Part shown: piece after piece, positions 48,756-59,564 of the stretch
Numbering within the stretch: the stretch's first letter is position 1
Layout of the letters: each line of letters opens with the position of its first letter
Assembly: GCA_965222605.1 (NCBI GenBank)
Contig: OZ244960.1
Coordinates: 960,001 to 1,024,000 of the forward strand
Reading direction: 5' to 3'
Length of the DNA stretch: 64,000 nt
From: Candidatus Latescibacterota bacterium
Lineage (GTDB): Bacteria; Latescibacterota; UBA2968
Program-made: the position numbers and the translations under genes
The notes under the pieces: generated by a model
Database searches by the model: none
What the model saw: only the letters and a program-made list of their open reading frames with translations
What the model was told of the DNA's origin: nothing

Positions 48756-49730
48756 ATGAATGACATCCCATTCCTGGACAGAGACCGGGCAGATCAGTAT
48801 TTTTTAAATACCCTCGAAGTACTTAAAGCCGAAAACCGCAATCCGTCGGTAGTTATGGAGGTATTTCCCAATGCCGATGGCCTCTTGTGCGGCATCCGCG
48901 AGGTCCTGGAAATTTTGCGTCAGACATTGCCCAAAGATGCAGAGATTTGGTCGCTGGATGAAGGATCACCAATGGCGCGCAAAGAAGTGGTATTGCGCCT
49001 TCACGCAGATTATTGCGCTATCGGAATTTTTGAAACGGCATTGCTGGGCACGCTCGCGCATGGCAGCGGTTGGGCCACTGCGGCGCGCGCCTGTGTGGAG
49101 GCCGCGGGTGAAATTCCCGTGATCAGTTTTGGCGCGCGGCATGTCCATCCCGCCATATCAGACCGCATGGAATACGCCGCATTGATCGGAGGATGTGCCG
49201 GCTGTGCAACACCGGCAGGTGCCGCCCTATCCGATCAAAAAGCATCGGGTACAATGCCACACGCTTTGATGTTGATTTACGGCGATACAGTAGCCGCTGC
49301 CCGAGCTTTTGATACCCACATGCCCGATTCCGTGCGACGTATTGTACTGGTGGATACATTTCGAGACGAAGCCGAAGAAAGCGTACGCGTCGCACATGCA
49401 ATGGCCGGGCGGTTGTGGGGAGTCCGCCTGGATACACCCTCGGAATTGGGTGGGGTCACACCCGATCTGGTCTGGCGCGTACGCAGAGCATTGGATAGCG
49501 CGGGCTTTGACTATGTCGGTATTTTTGTAAGCGGTGGATTAACGCCCGAGCGGATTTCAGAATTTGTGCGGTTGAAGTGTCCAATTGCCGGTTTTGGTGT
49601 GGGCAGCGCGATCAGCGGCGCATCGCCAATTGATTTTACGGCAGATATTAAGCAAATCGATGGCAATCCTATCGCCAAACGCGGTCGCAAAGTGGGTATC
49701 CAGGACAACCCGAGACTTAAAAAAAATTAA
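48756..49730 (+). CDS. Nicotinate phosphoribosyltransferase (short, archaeal-like type)
   Basis: SFGARH, GTMPHAL, LVDTF, GVRLDTPS, SGG and FGVGS motifs. Confidence 0.85.
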   Translation: MNDIPFLDRDRADQYFLNTLEVLKAENRNPSVVMEVFPNADGLLCGIREVLEILRQTLPKDAEIWSLDEGSPMARKEVVLRLHADYCAIGIFETALLGTLAHGSGWATAARACVEAAGEIPVISFGARHVHPAISDRMEYAALIGGCAGCATPAGAALSDQKASGTMPHALMLIYGDTVAAARAFDTHMPDSVRRIVLVDTFRDEAEESVRVAHAMAGRLWGVRLDTPSELGGVTPDLVWRVRRALDSAGFDYVGIFVSGGLTPERISEFVRLKCPIAGFGVGSAISGASPIDFTADIKQIDGNPIAKRGRKVGIQDNPRLKKN

Positions 49731-49755
49731 AAAATCGTCTCTTGTGGAGTGAAAA

Positions 49756-50001
49756 TTGAATATCAAAGTACTTTTTTTTGCATCTTGTCGCGATTTGATT
49801 GGCACCGGTGAGCGAAAAATGACACTGTCAGATGGCACGACAGTAACTGATTTGATATCAAAGCTCGCATCGGAACAGGCGCGATTTACAGACATGGCAC
49901 CGAGTTTGATGGTATCAGTCAATCAGGCGTATGTGGAACGGGATGCGGAACTTCAAGATGGCGATGAGGTGGCATTTATCCCGCCTGTGAGTGGTGGGTA
50001 G
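49756..50001 (+). CDS. moaD: Molybdopterin synthase sulfur carrier
   Basis: IKVLFFAS and C-terminal DGDEVAFIPPVSGG. Confidence 0.92.
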   Translation: MNIKVLFFASCRDLIGTGERKMTLSDGTTVTDLISKLASEQARFTDMAPSLMVSVNQAYVERDAELQDGDEVAFIPPVSGG

Positions 50002-50033
50002 GGGCCTACCCATTTGTCTTTAGAGGAATTATT

Positions 50034-50477
50034 ATGGCTGACGATGTGTATAAAATCCAGGACAAAGAGATAAAACCAGATGCGTTATACAATGCGGTAC
50101 TGGCAGATTCGGACGGCGCTGTGACCACATTTGCGGGCGTGGTGCGAGACAATACAAAAGGGCGCGGAACCTCTTACCTGGTCTATGATGCGTATATAGA
50201 CATGGCCAAAAAAAAAATGCGTGAAATTGGAGATGAGGTAAAAGAGAAGTGGGAGGTAGATTGCGTGGGAATATTGCACCGCATAGGCCGGTTGGAAATT
50301 GGGGAAATCAGCGTGCTAATCGCGATTTCTTCTCCACATCGCAAAGCGTCTTTGGAAGCGTGTCACTACGCGATTGATCGGTTAAAACAGACCGTACCAA
50401 TCTGGAAAAAAGAAGTGTGGACAGACGGGGGTGAAGCCTGGATCGAGGGCGACCCATCTGCCCTGGCCTCGCGCTGA
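50034..50477 (+). CDS. moaE: Molybdopterin synthase catalytic subunit
   Basis: GAVTTFAGVVRD, HRIG, SPHR and LKQTVPIWKKE motifs. Confidence 0.95.
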   Translation: MADDVYKIQDKEIKPDALYNAVLADSDGAVTTFAGVVRDNTKGRGTSYLVYDAYIDMAKKKMREIGDEVKEKWEVDCVGILHRIGRLEIGEISVLIAISSPHRKASLEACHYAIDRLKQTVPIWKKEVWTDGGEAWIEGDPSALASR

Positions 50478-50494
50478 GGAAAGGAGTTTGTTCC

Positions 50495-51856
50495 GTGGAC
50501 CAAATCACAGTGAAGAATTTCCGATGTTTCAGGGAAAAACAAACCGTCCGCCTGGCACCACTGACCTTGCTCGTGGGCGAGAACAGCACGGGTAAGACTT
50601 CTTTTTTAGCCTTGATTCGGGCACTGTGGGATGTCGCTTATTGGCAGCGCGTCCCGGATTTCAAGGAAGAACCTTATGACCTCGGCAGTTTCGACGAAAT
50701 CGCCCACTACCGAGGCGCAAGAGGTGGGAGATCAAATACCTTTGAGGCCGGGTTTGAGAATAGCCCTCATCGCTTTGAGGTGACTTTCGCGCGAAGTGGA
50801 ACCGTGCCGATTCCTGTGAGAAGACACATTGCCGACAAGGATGTCTGGATCGAGGACCGCCCTGAAAAAGACCGGGCTTGGCAGCTCAGATTCGGGACGC
50901 CAAAGGGTGCATGGCAGTGCCAGTTTTCCACTTACCCCAGTCCTCGTTTGGATGCAGATCAGGACAAACTGCCCCCTTTTTTCTTTATTATGAGCATTCT
51001 ACAGCATGAGGTTAAAGGCCAAGAAAGCAGCTTGTTAACCGCATTAAAAGGGCCCGAGTCGCCTACCGATAAGGATTGGGAACAGATAGAAAAACTTGTT
51101 AGTACCCATGAAATAAGAGCCTTTAGCTATCACGAAAAGCGACCCTATTCCAGCGCACCTGTCCGCTCCAAACCGCGCCGGACCTATGACCCTGCGCGTC
51201 CAACACGAGATCCCGAAGGCGATTACATCCCTATGTATCTCGCCAATGCGTATTTCCAAGATAAAAGACAATGGCACGCCCTTAAAGACGCACTCGAAAA
51301 GTTTGGGAAAGCGTCCGGTCTTTTCGATGAGATCTCGGTCAAGCCGCTGGGGAAGAAAGACAGTGAACCTTTTCAGGTACAGATCAGGAAATTTGGAAAA
51401 CGAGCCAAGGGGCCACAGCGCAACCTGATTGATGTCGGCTACGGCGTCAGCCAGGTGTTACCTGTTATAACCGAATTGCTGCGCAGAGACGAGCGAAGGG
51501 ATGAAGAGACGAAATCATTACGGCCCATATTTTTGTTACAGCAACCAGAGGTGCATCTCCACCCCAGTGCCCAGGCTGCTTTGGGAAGTTTGTTTTGCCA
51601 GATCGCTGGATCAGACCGCCAGTTGGTGGTTGAAACGCACAGCGACCACTTGCTCAACAGAGTGCGTATGGATGTCCGCGACAGTACGACAAACTTAAGA
51701 CCCGAGGATGTTTCCATTCTATTCTTTGAGCGCGGCGACCTTGATGTTCGCATTCACTCGCTGAGAATTGATGGAGAGGGAAATATCGTTGGCGCGCCCA
51801 GGGTTTACCGAAAATTCTTTATGGAAGAGACAGCGAGGTCTCTTTGGAAAAGATAG
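50495..51856 (+). CDS. ABC-type ATPase (AAA_15/AAA_21, DUF3696-like), module 3
   Basis: VKNFRCF, GENSTGKT, DVGYGVSQVLP, QQPEVHLHP and VETHSDH motifs. Confidence 0.85.
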   Translation: MDQITVKNFRCFREKQTVRLAPLTLLVGENSTGKTSFLALIRALWDVAYWQRVPDFKEEPYDLGSFDEIAHYRGARGGRSNTFEAGFENSPHRFEVTFARSGTVPIPVRRHIADKDVWIEDRPEKDRAWQLRFGTPKGAWQCQFSTYPSPRLDADQDKLPPFFFIMSILQHEVKGQESSLLTALKGPESPTDKDWEQIEKLVSTHEIRAFSYHEKRPYSSAPVRSKPRRTYDPARPTRDPEGDYIPMYLANAYFQDKRQWHALKDALEKFGKASGLFDEISVKPLGKKDSEPFQVQIRKFGKRAKGPQRNLIDVGYGVSQVLPVITELLRRDERRDEETKSLRPIFLLQQPEVHLHPSAQAALGSLFCQIAGSDRQLVVETHSDHLLNRVRMDVRDSTTNLRPEDVSILFFERGDLDVRIHSLRIDGEGNIVGAPRVYRKFFMEETARSLWKR

Positions 51857-51877
51857 GGGCTTTTAGGGGACTGAGGA

Positions 51878-52351
51878 ATGTGTGCAATTGTTGATGCAAA
51901 TGTCGCCGCTGAAGTGTTCGGGCCTCATCCAGGGCAAGCAGGAGAGAAGTTCTTTGATTGGATTAATACGGGAAGTGGACGCCTTGTGGTCGGTGGCAAG
52001 TTGCTTGAAGAACTCGAGGCGAGTTCGCAAGGTTTCAGAGAATGGGCACAGGAGGCGACCCTTGCAGGACGGATAACGCGCTGCAAAAATGATGCGGTGA
52101 ACGCCAAAACGAAAAAACTCCAAAGCGCGAACTCGTGCCGATCTAATGATGCACATATCATAGCTTTGGCCCAGGTTAGCGGCGCGCGTTTATTGTATTC
52201 CAACGATGCCGATTTACAGCGGGATTTCAAGGACAAAAACTTGATCGATAGCCCTCGCGGGAAAGTCTATTCAACGCTTTCCCGCGAAAACTTCCAAGAT
52301 AGTCACAGACGGCTGCTCGGCAATCGCAGTCTATGTAGGAGTGGGCAGTAG
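51878..52351 (+). CDS. PIN-domain protein, partner of ATPase 3
   Basis: AIVDANV, LLEEL, SNDAHIIALA and LYSNDADL give the PIN acidic tetrad pattern. Confidence 0.7.
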   Translation: MCAIVDANVAAEVFGPHPGQAGEKFFDWINTGSGRLVVGGKLLEELEASSQGFREWAQEATLAGRITRCKNDAVNAKTKKLQSANSCRSNDAHIIALAQVSGARLLYSNDADLQRDFKDKNLIDSPRGKVYSTLSRENFQDSHRRLLGNRSLCRSGQ

Positions 52352-52463
52352 ATCTGCCTGTTGTCCCAAGGAGGGGTTTCCCGCAGTAGCTTTAGGATAA
52401 GAAGGGTAAAAAGTTTAAAAAGAGAAACGCGAACCGCTGGACATTCTAAGGCCTGCGGTTTTT

Positions 52464-53906
52464 TTATGCTTTTTGCAATGCGGCGTGGAAAGTCCAGAGA
52501 CGCCATTGGGCATTGTCGAAATTCGAAAGTTTGATCCGTATTTCAGAAGGCCCGGACGGAAGATTACAGGGAATACGATCAATGGCGAATCCATTATCAT
52601 GCTGCCCCGCGTGGATCTCTGCGCCATTGACCCACACGCGAATCCAGTCGTCATACCCCACAGAGAGGGTGTACGCGCCAGCTTCGGGTGGGGTAATTTG
52701 TCCCACCGCATAAGCGGAGACATTGACGGGTTGGGTACCGGTATTGCCGCGTTTTCGTCCTCGAAAGTGGCGCGCAAAATCGCACCAGCCGCGTTCTGAA
52801 TCCGCTTGAATGGGCAGTGAAAATGTAGCGGGTGCATTCTCACCCATGTAGATGTCAAAATCGGCGGTATATGCGTTGGGCCAATCGGCGATGGGTCTCT
52901 CGGGCCATTCGGACCGATTGAAATCTTCGCGTGTGTTGCAGCGAAAAGGCCCGGCGATTTGCCATTGGGCTGGCGTGAGAATAGGCGGAGATTCGGCAGG
53001 ATTGACATAGGCGTAGATAACGCTTTCCAGATCATTCCCGCGTGAGCCAAAACGAATAATTGCCGAGTGATCAAACCATATTGGATCGGGACCAAAAAAG
53101 CGGTACATCACCCCTTCGTAACCAGAGCCTCCCGCTGTGTGTTCAGTACTTCGATGAATGTGCGGCGCGCCGACCCAATCGGTTTGTGCCTTCCATATCC
53201 CAAAGCTCATATTGAAAATATCCTCGCCGCCAATGCCGCGCAGGGCGTGTGGATCGCTTTCCCCATCGAGCAACCACAGGTCTCCGCCGGTATGATACCA
53301 ACCATCAGCGCGATCCTTTACAACTACGCCTTTGACCATGCCCGCGATAAATCCACTACCCGAATAGTCAGCCATTAGCATACTACCCAGCGATTGGGCG
53401 GGGTATTCGCCGCGGTGCATAACGTGGAGGCGCAATGGGGTTAATTCGGTATTGTCATACGACGCCCAATCGGCCATAAACCAGAGCGGAATAGCGCGAC
53501 CACTATTATTCGTGATTTCGAGACGCAGCGATTTAAAAGGGATGGGCAAATAACAATTGAGCGCGTTTTTGGGAAGGATTTTGATAGCCGCGCTATCAAT
53601 GGGATAAATATCGTGTTCAAAGAGAATGGCAAAAAAACGAGCGATGGGGAGATCGACAATAGGATCGTCCCCCCCATCGCAATAGAGGCAGAGTTGCAAA
53701 TCGTGGATGGGATCGCGCGCATCGCCTTCGCGCTTATACCCATAAGTGAGCCACCAGTGATGGATACACCCTGGACCCTCTTCATCAAAGAGAACTGTCG
53801 TTTCGCCGGGAGCCACATTGGGACGACGGGTAACGCGCTGACTTTTCCCGCGACTGGGCAATTCGAGCTCTGCGTGAAAAAGGCGATTCATCACCGGAAT
53901 ATTCAA
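52464..53906 (-). CDS. DUF2961 (GH172-like) glycoside hydrolase family protein
   Basis: GPGCIHHWW, NCYLPIPF, GIGGEDIFN and YRFFGPDPIWF motifs. Confidence 0.75.
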   Translation of the reverse strand: MNIPVMNRLFHAELELPSRGKSQRVTRRPNVAPGETTVLFDEEGPGCIHHWWLTYGYKREGDARDPIHDLQLCLYCDGGDDPIVDLPIARFFAILFEHDIYPIDSAAIKILPKNALNCYLPIPFKSLRLEITNNSGRAIPLWFMADWASYDNTELTPLRLHVMHRGEYPAQSLGSMLMADYSGSGFIAGMVKGVVVKDRADGWYHTGGDLWLLDGESDPHALRGIGGEDIFNMSFGIWKAQTDWVGAPHIHRSTEHTAGGSGYEGVMYRFFGPDPIWFDHSAIIRFGSRGNDLESVIYAYVNPAESPPILTPAQWQIAGPFRCNTREDFNRSEWPERPIADWPNAYTADFDIYMGENAPATFSLPIQADSERGWCDFARHFRGRKRGNTGTQPVNVSAYAVGQITPPEAGAYTLSVGYDDWIRVWVNGAEIHAGQHDNGFAIDRIPCNLPSGPSEIRIKLSNFDNAQWRLWTFHAALQKA

Positions 53907-54036
53907 TCCGATTTGTGTTCCGAAGAAATAACGACAGAACCAATGACGAACAGAATCACTATAAATGTCAAAAACAGAATCATTCCAACGGGCATTGTGC
54001 GCCTCCTTTTGGCTTAATGTATTATAGAGAATCCCA

Positions 54037-55761
54037 TTACGCAGTGAACAAAGCGACGACAGTCCAGCAAATAGCAGCCAGACCAGCGGCGATAGAAGCT
54101 TGAGGGATTTGCGTTTTGACGTGGTCCATCAGATCGCAACCCGTACACATGGAACTCAGAACAGTGGTATCTGAAATAGGCGAACACTGGTCACCGTAAA
54201 CGCTACCATCTATAACAGCGGCAAAACACAGAGTCATAAAAAGTTCGGGGTGTGAAAGACCATTTGCCGTGGCAACCGCCCAGGCCAATGGCATAGCCAG
54301 TGGGAAAGCAACCGCATACGTGCCCCAACTCGTACCTGTGGAAAAAGCAATCGCCATCGTGAGAAGTTGGAGCAAAACCGGCAAGATGAAGTATGGAATG
54401 CTATCCCCAAGTTGCTCAACCAAAAAGATGCCGCCACCCGTTTCCTTGCTGATCCCACCAATAGTAATGGCGAGCAAGAGAATAACCGAGCCGAGCACCA
54501 CGCCTTTGAGACCATCGTGAAAGCCCGCGACAATATCTTTGAGCGACATACCCTTGGCAAGAGCCATGCCCACGGCTAAGAGAAGCGCGATGCCAAAAGC
54601 CCATTGCACATTGGGAGATCCGCTGGTGATAAAAGTCCCAATAGCAATAGCGATGAGCGCGCCCAAAGGCAGGAAAAATTCGAGAACATGCGGCGTATAG
54701 CCTTCGGGCACATTGCTTCCCTGCAATTCTTTGGCACTCAAAGGATCGGCATCGTCGGCGTCGAGTTGTCCCGTCTCCCGAGAGCGATTCATAGCATCCT
54801 TGAGTTGCTTGCCCAAAAAGAGGGGTTTTTCAATACTGAGCAGGAACGTGCCCAGCACGGCAAAAATGGCGTAAAAGCAGAACGGGACACTTTTGAAAAA
54901 GAAGAGAAGGCGGTCGGCTTCGGTAGCTAAAAAGCTGACACCAGCGACAAAAATAAAGGCCTGAACATAGCCGGGCCAGGCGTTGAAAGCGAGTTGTGAA
55001 GCAATCGGTGAAGCGGTCGAATCGACGATGTACGCCAATTCTTCGTGGCTGATCTTTTCTTTATCGGCAATGGGTTTGACAGTCGTGCCGACCAGCACCG
55101 TACTGACAGTGCCGCCTTGAAAGAAAATGACACCGAGCATCCAGGCGACAAGCTTGGCGCTTTTGGGACCGCGAACAAAACGCACAGTCATAAATTCGGC
55201 AAAAGCTTGCGCTGCCCCCGTGCGCGACCATATCCCCATAAGCCCACCCAAAAGCCACAAATAGAGCAATAAGATACTCGCAGCATTTGAAGTCGCCAAT
55301 GATGGAATTAAGACCTCGCCTGTAAAGTCATATCGCGTTAAAATAAGCGCACCCGAAATAATACCACCTAAAAGAGCTGTGACGGGTTCTTTGGTAATCC
55401 AGCACAAGAGCACGGCCACTATCGCCGGCAATAGTGACCAATAGCCCCAGTGGTGTTTTGCAAGAAGCTGTTTGTATTTTGTTTCTCCGTTTTCCACGAA
55501 TGAGACAAATTCTTCTTTGATGGGAGGCGTCTCATTTGAGCCGTGTATTCTTGAGGGGTTGAGTTGGGCTTGTTCAAGCGGCACCGCATCGAAATAGGCG
55601 GGTTTGCCTCTATAGGTGTAATACATATTCCCGCTGTCGTCTGTAAGAACGTGCAGGGTGATTTGTTCAACGGTCCATGTGGGAGGCACACTTGCTCCCA
55701 CGATCCACGAGACGATTATGGCGATGGCAAAAATGACAAAGTTGCGAATACCTGTGGGCAT
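54037..55761 (-). CDS. NhaC-family Na+/H+ antiporter / amino-acid transporter
   Basis: [26 protein letters not shown] and [11 protein letters not shown] motifs. ATG 55761 follows GGAGGGAG. Confidence 0.85.
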   Translation of the reverse strand: MPTGIRNFVIFAIAIIVSWIVGASVPPTWTVEQITLHVLTDDSGNMYYTYRGKPAYFDAVPLEQAQLNPSRIHGSNETPPIKEEFVSFVENGETKYKQLLAKHHWGYWSLLPAIVAVLLCWITKEPVTALLGGIISGALILTRYDFTGEVLIPSLATSNAASILLLYLWLLGGLMGIWSRTGAAQAFAEFMTVRFVRGPKSAKLVAWMLGVIFFQGGTVSTVLVGTTVKPIADKEKISHEELAYIVDSTASPIASQLAFNAWPGYVQAFIFVAGVSFLATEADRLLFFFKSVPFCFYAIFAVLGTFLLSIEKPLFLGKQLKDAMNRSRETGQLDADDADPLSAKELQGSNVPEGYTPHVLEFFLPLGALIAIAIGTFITSGSPNVQWAFGIALLLAVGMALAKGMSLKDIVAGFHDGLKGVVLGSVILLLAITIGGISKETGGGIFLVEQLGDSIPYFILPVLLQLLTMAIAFSTGTSWGTYAVAFPLAMPLAWAVATANGLSHPELFMTLCFAAVIDGSVYGDQCSPISDTTVLSSMCTGCDLMDHVKTQIPQASIAAGLAAICWTVVALFTA

Positions 55762-56015
55762 ATACTCCCTCCAGAATAAGGGGTGAAAGACGCGGGGAAA
55801 AGACGCAACAAAATAACCCGACAAAATGCACTTGTCAATTGCTTTTGCGCAGGATGAGCACGGGAAAATGGGATAAAACAAGTTGACTTTGTACATAAGT
55901 TTGTTACATTATCTTCAACTTTACCCCCTGGCCATGATCAGCCCTGTTTATGGCCGAAAGGGTTGTGTGCATGGCGGGGTTTTTTAACGACGCCGGTGGA
56001 TAAGAGGAGGGTTTT

Positions 56016-56207
56016 ATGGAGCAAGCATTTCCACAGTGTTTGAAGTGCAACACGGGTATTTTGATACCGCTGTCGGATTATGGGCGCGATGGGGCATCCA
56101 TCATGTACAAAGCATGGGTATGCAACAATCCCAACTGCGGATTTAATTTGCGGATTGACAACGGTGAAATTAGCACGGGCCGGAATATTACCGAGTCCTA
56201 CAAGTAG
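56016..56207 (+). CDS. Small Zn-ribbon protein
   Basis: Strong RBS AGGAGG. CLKC...CNNPNC motif. Confidence 0.75.
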   Translation: MEQAFPQCLKCNTGILIPLSDYGRDGASIMYKAWVCNNPNCGFNLRIDNGEISTGRNITESYK

Positions 56208-56367
56208 AGCTGCCATTTCGGTGGGGAATACCTCGCCGAAATGGTTGTTTTCCCCTTACCGGTTTGCCGTTTTCACCTTCTCCCAAAAAGGGCGGCACCG
56301 GTTTCTTTATTTTTCCCCTTTGTCTGTTGATACACTCCCCTCATTTTCCCAACAGCTGACATAACTT

Positions 56368-57417
56368 ATGAGCATTTCTGGTCGGCCCATTTTAGGTATT
56401 GAAACATCCTGCGACGAAACTGCCGCTGCCGTGGTAGCTGATGGGCATATCTATTCTAACGCGATTTTTTCCCAAACAGAACACAGCCTCTACGGCGGCG
56501 TGGTACCCGAGTTGGCATCTCGCAACCACATACGGACACTCCTGCCCGTCGTCAATCAGGCACTTTCAGAAGCCGATTTAGAACTGGGCGATTTAGGTGG
56601 TATTGCTGTGACGCAGGGACCCGGTCTGGTGGGCTGCCTTCTCGTGGGCATTTCCGTGGGCAAAGGGCTTGCACTGGGTTCGGGGTTGCCCCTTGTGGGC
56701 GTGCATCACATCGAAGGACATTTATTTTCGGGCAGTATGGCGCATCCCGACCTGGTGCCGCCTTTTATGGCGCTGGTGGCTTCAGGAGGGCATACGGAAT
56801 TGATTTATGTATGTGCGTGGGGCAATTACGAGCGCTGGGGACGCACGCGCGACGATGCAGCAGGTGAAGCATTTGATAAAGTGGCTAAAATACTTGGGCT
56901 ATTGCGCGAGGGCGAGGTCACCATGGGCGGACCGCGTATTTCGATGCTTGCCGAAGAGGGAAATCCCGATGCCTTTGATTTTCCGCGTGCGTTAATAAAC
57001 GATCCGGGATTTGATTTTAGTTTTAGTGGGTTAAAAACGTCTGTACTCTATCGAATTCGCGATCTCGCCGTAGAGGATCTCGAAGCTATCCGAGCAAATA
57101 TTGCGGCGAGTTTTCAGGCGGCTGTGGTCGATGTGCTGGTGGATAAGACAATCAGAGCGGCGCGGGAAGTAGGCGCAGAGCGAATATTGCTTTCGGGTGG
57201 TGTGGCCGCCAATCGTGCGCTGCGGGCACAACTCGATAATGGTGCTTCCAAACTCGGGATGGGTGTATTTTATCCGCCTACGCCTCTGTGTACAGACAAT
57301 GCGGCGATGATTGCTGACGCAGGTGCTTTTCGCCTGTCCCGAGGTGAAGTTGCCGGGGGCAATTTGAATGCAGCCCCGCGGTTGCCGCTGCCCGGGTTGC
57401 GCGAGCGGCAGGTATAA
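56368..57417 (+). CDS. tsaD: tRNA N6-adenosine threonylcarbamoyltransferase
   Basis: GIETSCDET, GGVVPELASR, HHIEGH, SGGHT and TDNAAMI motifs. Confidence 0.97.
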   Translation: MSISGRPILGIETSCDETAAAVVADGHIYSNAIFSQTEHSLYGGVVPELASRNHIRTLLPVVNQALSEADLELGDLGGIAVTQGPGLVGCLLVGISVGKGLALGSGLPLVGVHHIEGHLFSGSMAHPDLVPPFMALVASGGHTELIYVCAWGNYERWGRTRDDAAGEAFDKVAKILGLLREGEVTMGGPRISMLAEEGNPDAFDFPRALINDPGFDFSFSGLKTSVLYRIRDLAVEDLEAIRANIAASFQAAVVDVLVDKTIRAAREVGAERILLSGGVAANRALRAQLDNGASKLGMGVFYPPTPLCTDNAAMIADAGAFRLSRGEVAGGNLNAAPRLPLPGLRERQV

Positions 57418-57419
57418 AA

Positions 57420-59564
57420 ATGCCGCGCGATATTGGGTTTTCTGCCTCTGATGGATGGCTGCTATTACTCGTTGGTTGCGCCGGAATTTATCTCGCTTTT
57501 CTAATGTATCGCTCGCGTCTTACGGGCATACATCGATTGTTGTTGGGGCTACGCATCGCAGCACTCATTTTGCTAATTGGCCTTTTGATGGAGCCGATTC
57601 TCGCGCTGACATTGCATACGCAGCGTTTGCCCTTAGTCGCCGTGCTCATCGACGACAGCGAAAGCATGAAAATTGCAGATGGCGATACCGCGCGTTGCGA
57701 AGTTGCAAAAGCCGTGCTGGCCGATCCCACACTCAAAAATTTGCGCGATCGCGCACGGGTGACGCAGTTTCGGTTTTCCGATATTTTGACGCCCCTGCGC
57801 GGGGGAGAAGAACCTACATGGACGGGGCGAGCGACCGATCTGGCAGGTGCATTAGATGGGGTGCGCGAGCGTACAATGGGTGAAGGGCTTGCCGCTGTAG
57901 TACTCATTTCAGACGGCGGACAAAATTTGGGTGGGCGCCCCGAGCGAGCTGCAGTCGATCTGGGCGCGCCAGTGCTCGCGGTGGGAACAGGTAACCCGGT
58001 TGTACCGAAAGATGTGTCCATTGTATCGGCGGTTATCGATCCTCTGGGCTATGTGGGTAGGTCGCTTGTGATGCAAGTGCGCGTGCTTTCTTCCGGATTT
58101 GAACGGGTGAGCGAGCAAGTGCGCGTGCTCTTGGATGATCGGGAAGTGAGTGCCCAAACCATTGCGCTGGCAGATGGTGAGCAGGCCCTTGAATTTGAGA
58201 TTAGACCCGAGCGATCCGGGCGACATGTATTTTCAGTACAGATTGCGGCACAGGCAGGCGAGCGCACAGTGGGCAACAACCGCGTAGTGGTCTCGACAGA
58301 TGTGCTCGAAAGCCGCGTGCGAATTTTAATACTTGCGGGCAGCCCAAGTGCCGATCTGGGCTATTTGCGGCGCGTGCTGCAAGAAGATGCCAATTTGGAA
58401 GTTGAATTGCTGGTACGCACATTGACGGCCGGGTGGCAAAGAGATGTGAATCGCGCGCTACGCTCATTGGACGAGCGCGATATTGTTGCGTTGATCAACG
58501 TGCCCTACGAAGCACTTGCAGGTATGACAGAGCAGGCACTTGTCGCCTTTGTGCAAAAGGGCGGGGGGCTGTTGGGCCTGGGGGGCGATGCCGCTTTTGA
58601 TGACGGGTATGCACGCTCGGCATTGACCGATGTTTTGCCCGTACAGTTTTTGGGATCGTCAGACACATTTCAAGAACGCGCTTTTGCCCTTTCGTTTCCC
58701 GATTCTCGCCACCCCATTTTGCGCGTATCAGACGATCCATTAGGCGACCGCGATGCCTGGGAGGCATTGCCGCCGCTTCTGTCTTATAATCGCGTGGGGG
58801 CTGCTATTTCCAACGCAACTGTGTTGGTGCATCACCCCACAGAGCGCGTTGCTGGCAAACCAATGCCAGTGCTGGCAATTCGTCGCGTGGGCGCGGGAAA
58901 AACCGCGATTGTAGTCTATCAAACATTTTGGCGTCACGGGCTGATGATGTGGGGCGATGGCAAGACCGATGTCGTGGCACGCGCATTTTGGAAAAACATG
59001 GTGCGCTGGCTGGTCACGCGCGACGAGGTCTCCCGTCTAAAAATCATGACCGAAAAGCCCGCGTATCGAAGCGGTGAGGCGGTCGCGGTGCATGCAAGCG
59101 TTTTTGACCACCTGTTGCAGCCGCGTTCAGGCGCACGGGTTCTCGCCCGAGTCGGCGACAGTTTGGGTGTACGAGAAGTTGTCCTGCGCGATTTGGGCGG
59201 TGGACGGTATGCTGGTAATTTGGGACGTTTCCCACAAGGCGATTACGAGCTTCAGGTGCAGGCACGGGCCAATGATGGTGATCTGGGCACGGGAACGGGT
59301 CGTTTTACTGTGGGAAGATATAGCCTGGAATACGAAACCGTGCGCATGCGCGCCGAACTGCTCAGCGATATTGCCACGCGCAGTGGTGGACAATATGTAA
59401 GACCAGGTGATCTGAAGGCCGCGCTCGATTCGCTTGTTCTGGCTCCTGAGCCTGTTGTCACCCACTACCGAGTCAGGTTGTGGGGGCATGAGTGGCCGAT
59501 ATTTGTGCTGGTGGGGTTGCTGGTACTTGAATGGACTATTCGACGAAGATTGGGGATGGTATAA
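57420..59564 (+). CDS. Membrane protein with vWA-like and glutamine-amidotransferase-like domains
   Basis: DDSESM and ISDG MIDAS-like motifs, GGGLLGLGG and C-terminal EWTIRRRLG. Confidence 0.7.
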   Translation: MPRDIGFSASDGWLLLLVGCAGIYLAFLMYRSRLTGIHRLLLGLRIAALILLIGLLMEPILALTLHTQRLPLVAVLIDDSESMKIADGDTARCEVAKAVLADPTLKNLRDRARVTQFRFSDILTPLRGGEEPTWTGRATDLAGALDGVRERTMGEGLAAVVLISDGGQNLGGRPERAAVDLGAPVLAVGTGNPVVPKDVSIVSAVIDPLGYVGRSLVMQVRVLSSGFERVSEQVRVLLDDREVSAQTIALADGEQALEFEIRPERSGRHVFSVQIAAQAGERTVGNNRVVVSTDVLESRVRILILAGSPSADLGYLRRVLQEDANLEVELLVRTLTAGWQRDVNRALRSLDERDIVALINVPYEALAGMTEQALVAFVQKGGGLLGLGGDAAFDDGYARSALTDVLPVQFLGSSDTFQERAFALSFPDSRHPILRVSDDPLGDRDAWEALPPLLSYNRVGAAISNATVLVHHPTERVAGKPMPVLAIRRVGAGKTAIVVYQTFWRHGLMMWGDGKTDVVARAFWKNMVRWLVTRDEVSRLKIMTEKPAYRSGEAVAVHASVFDHLLQPRSGARVLARVGDSLGVREVVLRDLGGGRYAGNLGRFPQGDYELQVQARANDGDLGTGTGRFTVGRYSLEYETVRMRAELLSDIATRSGGQYVRPGDLKAALDSLVLAPEPVVTHYRVRLWGHEWPIFVLVGLLVLEWTIRRRLGMV

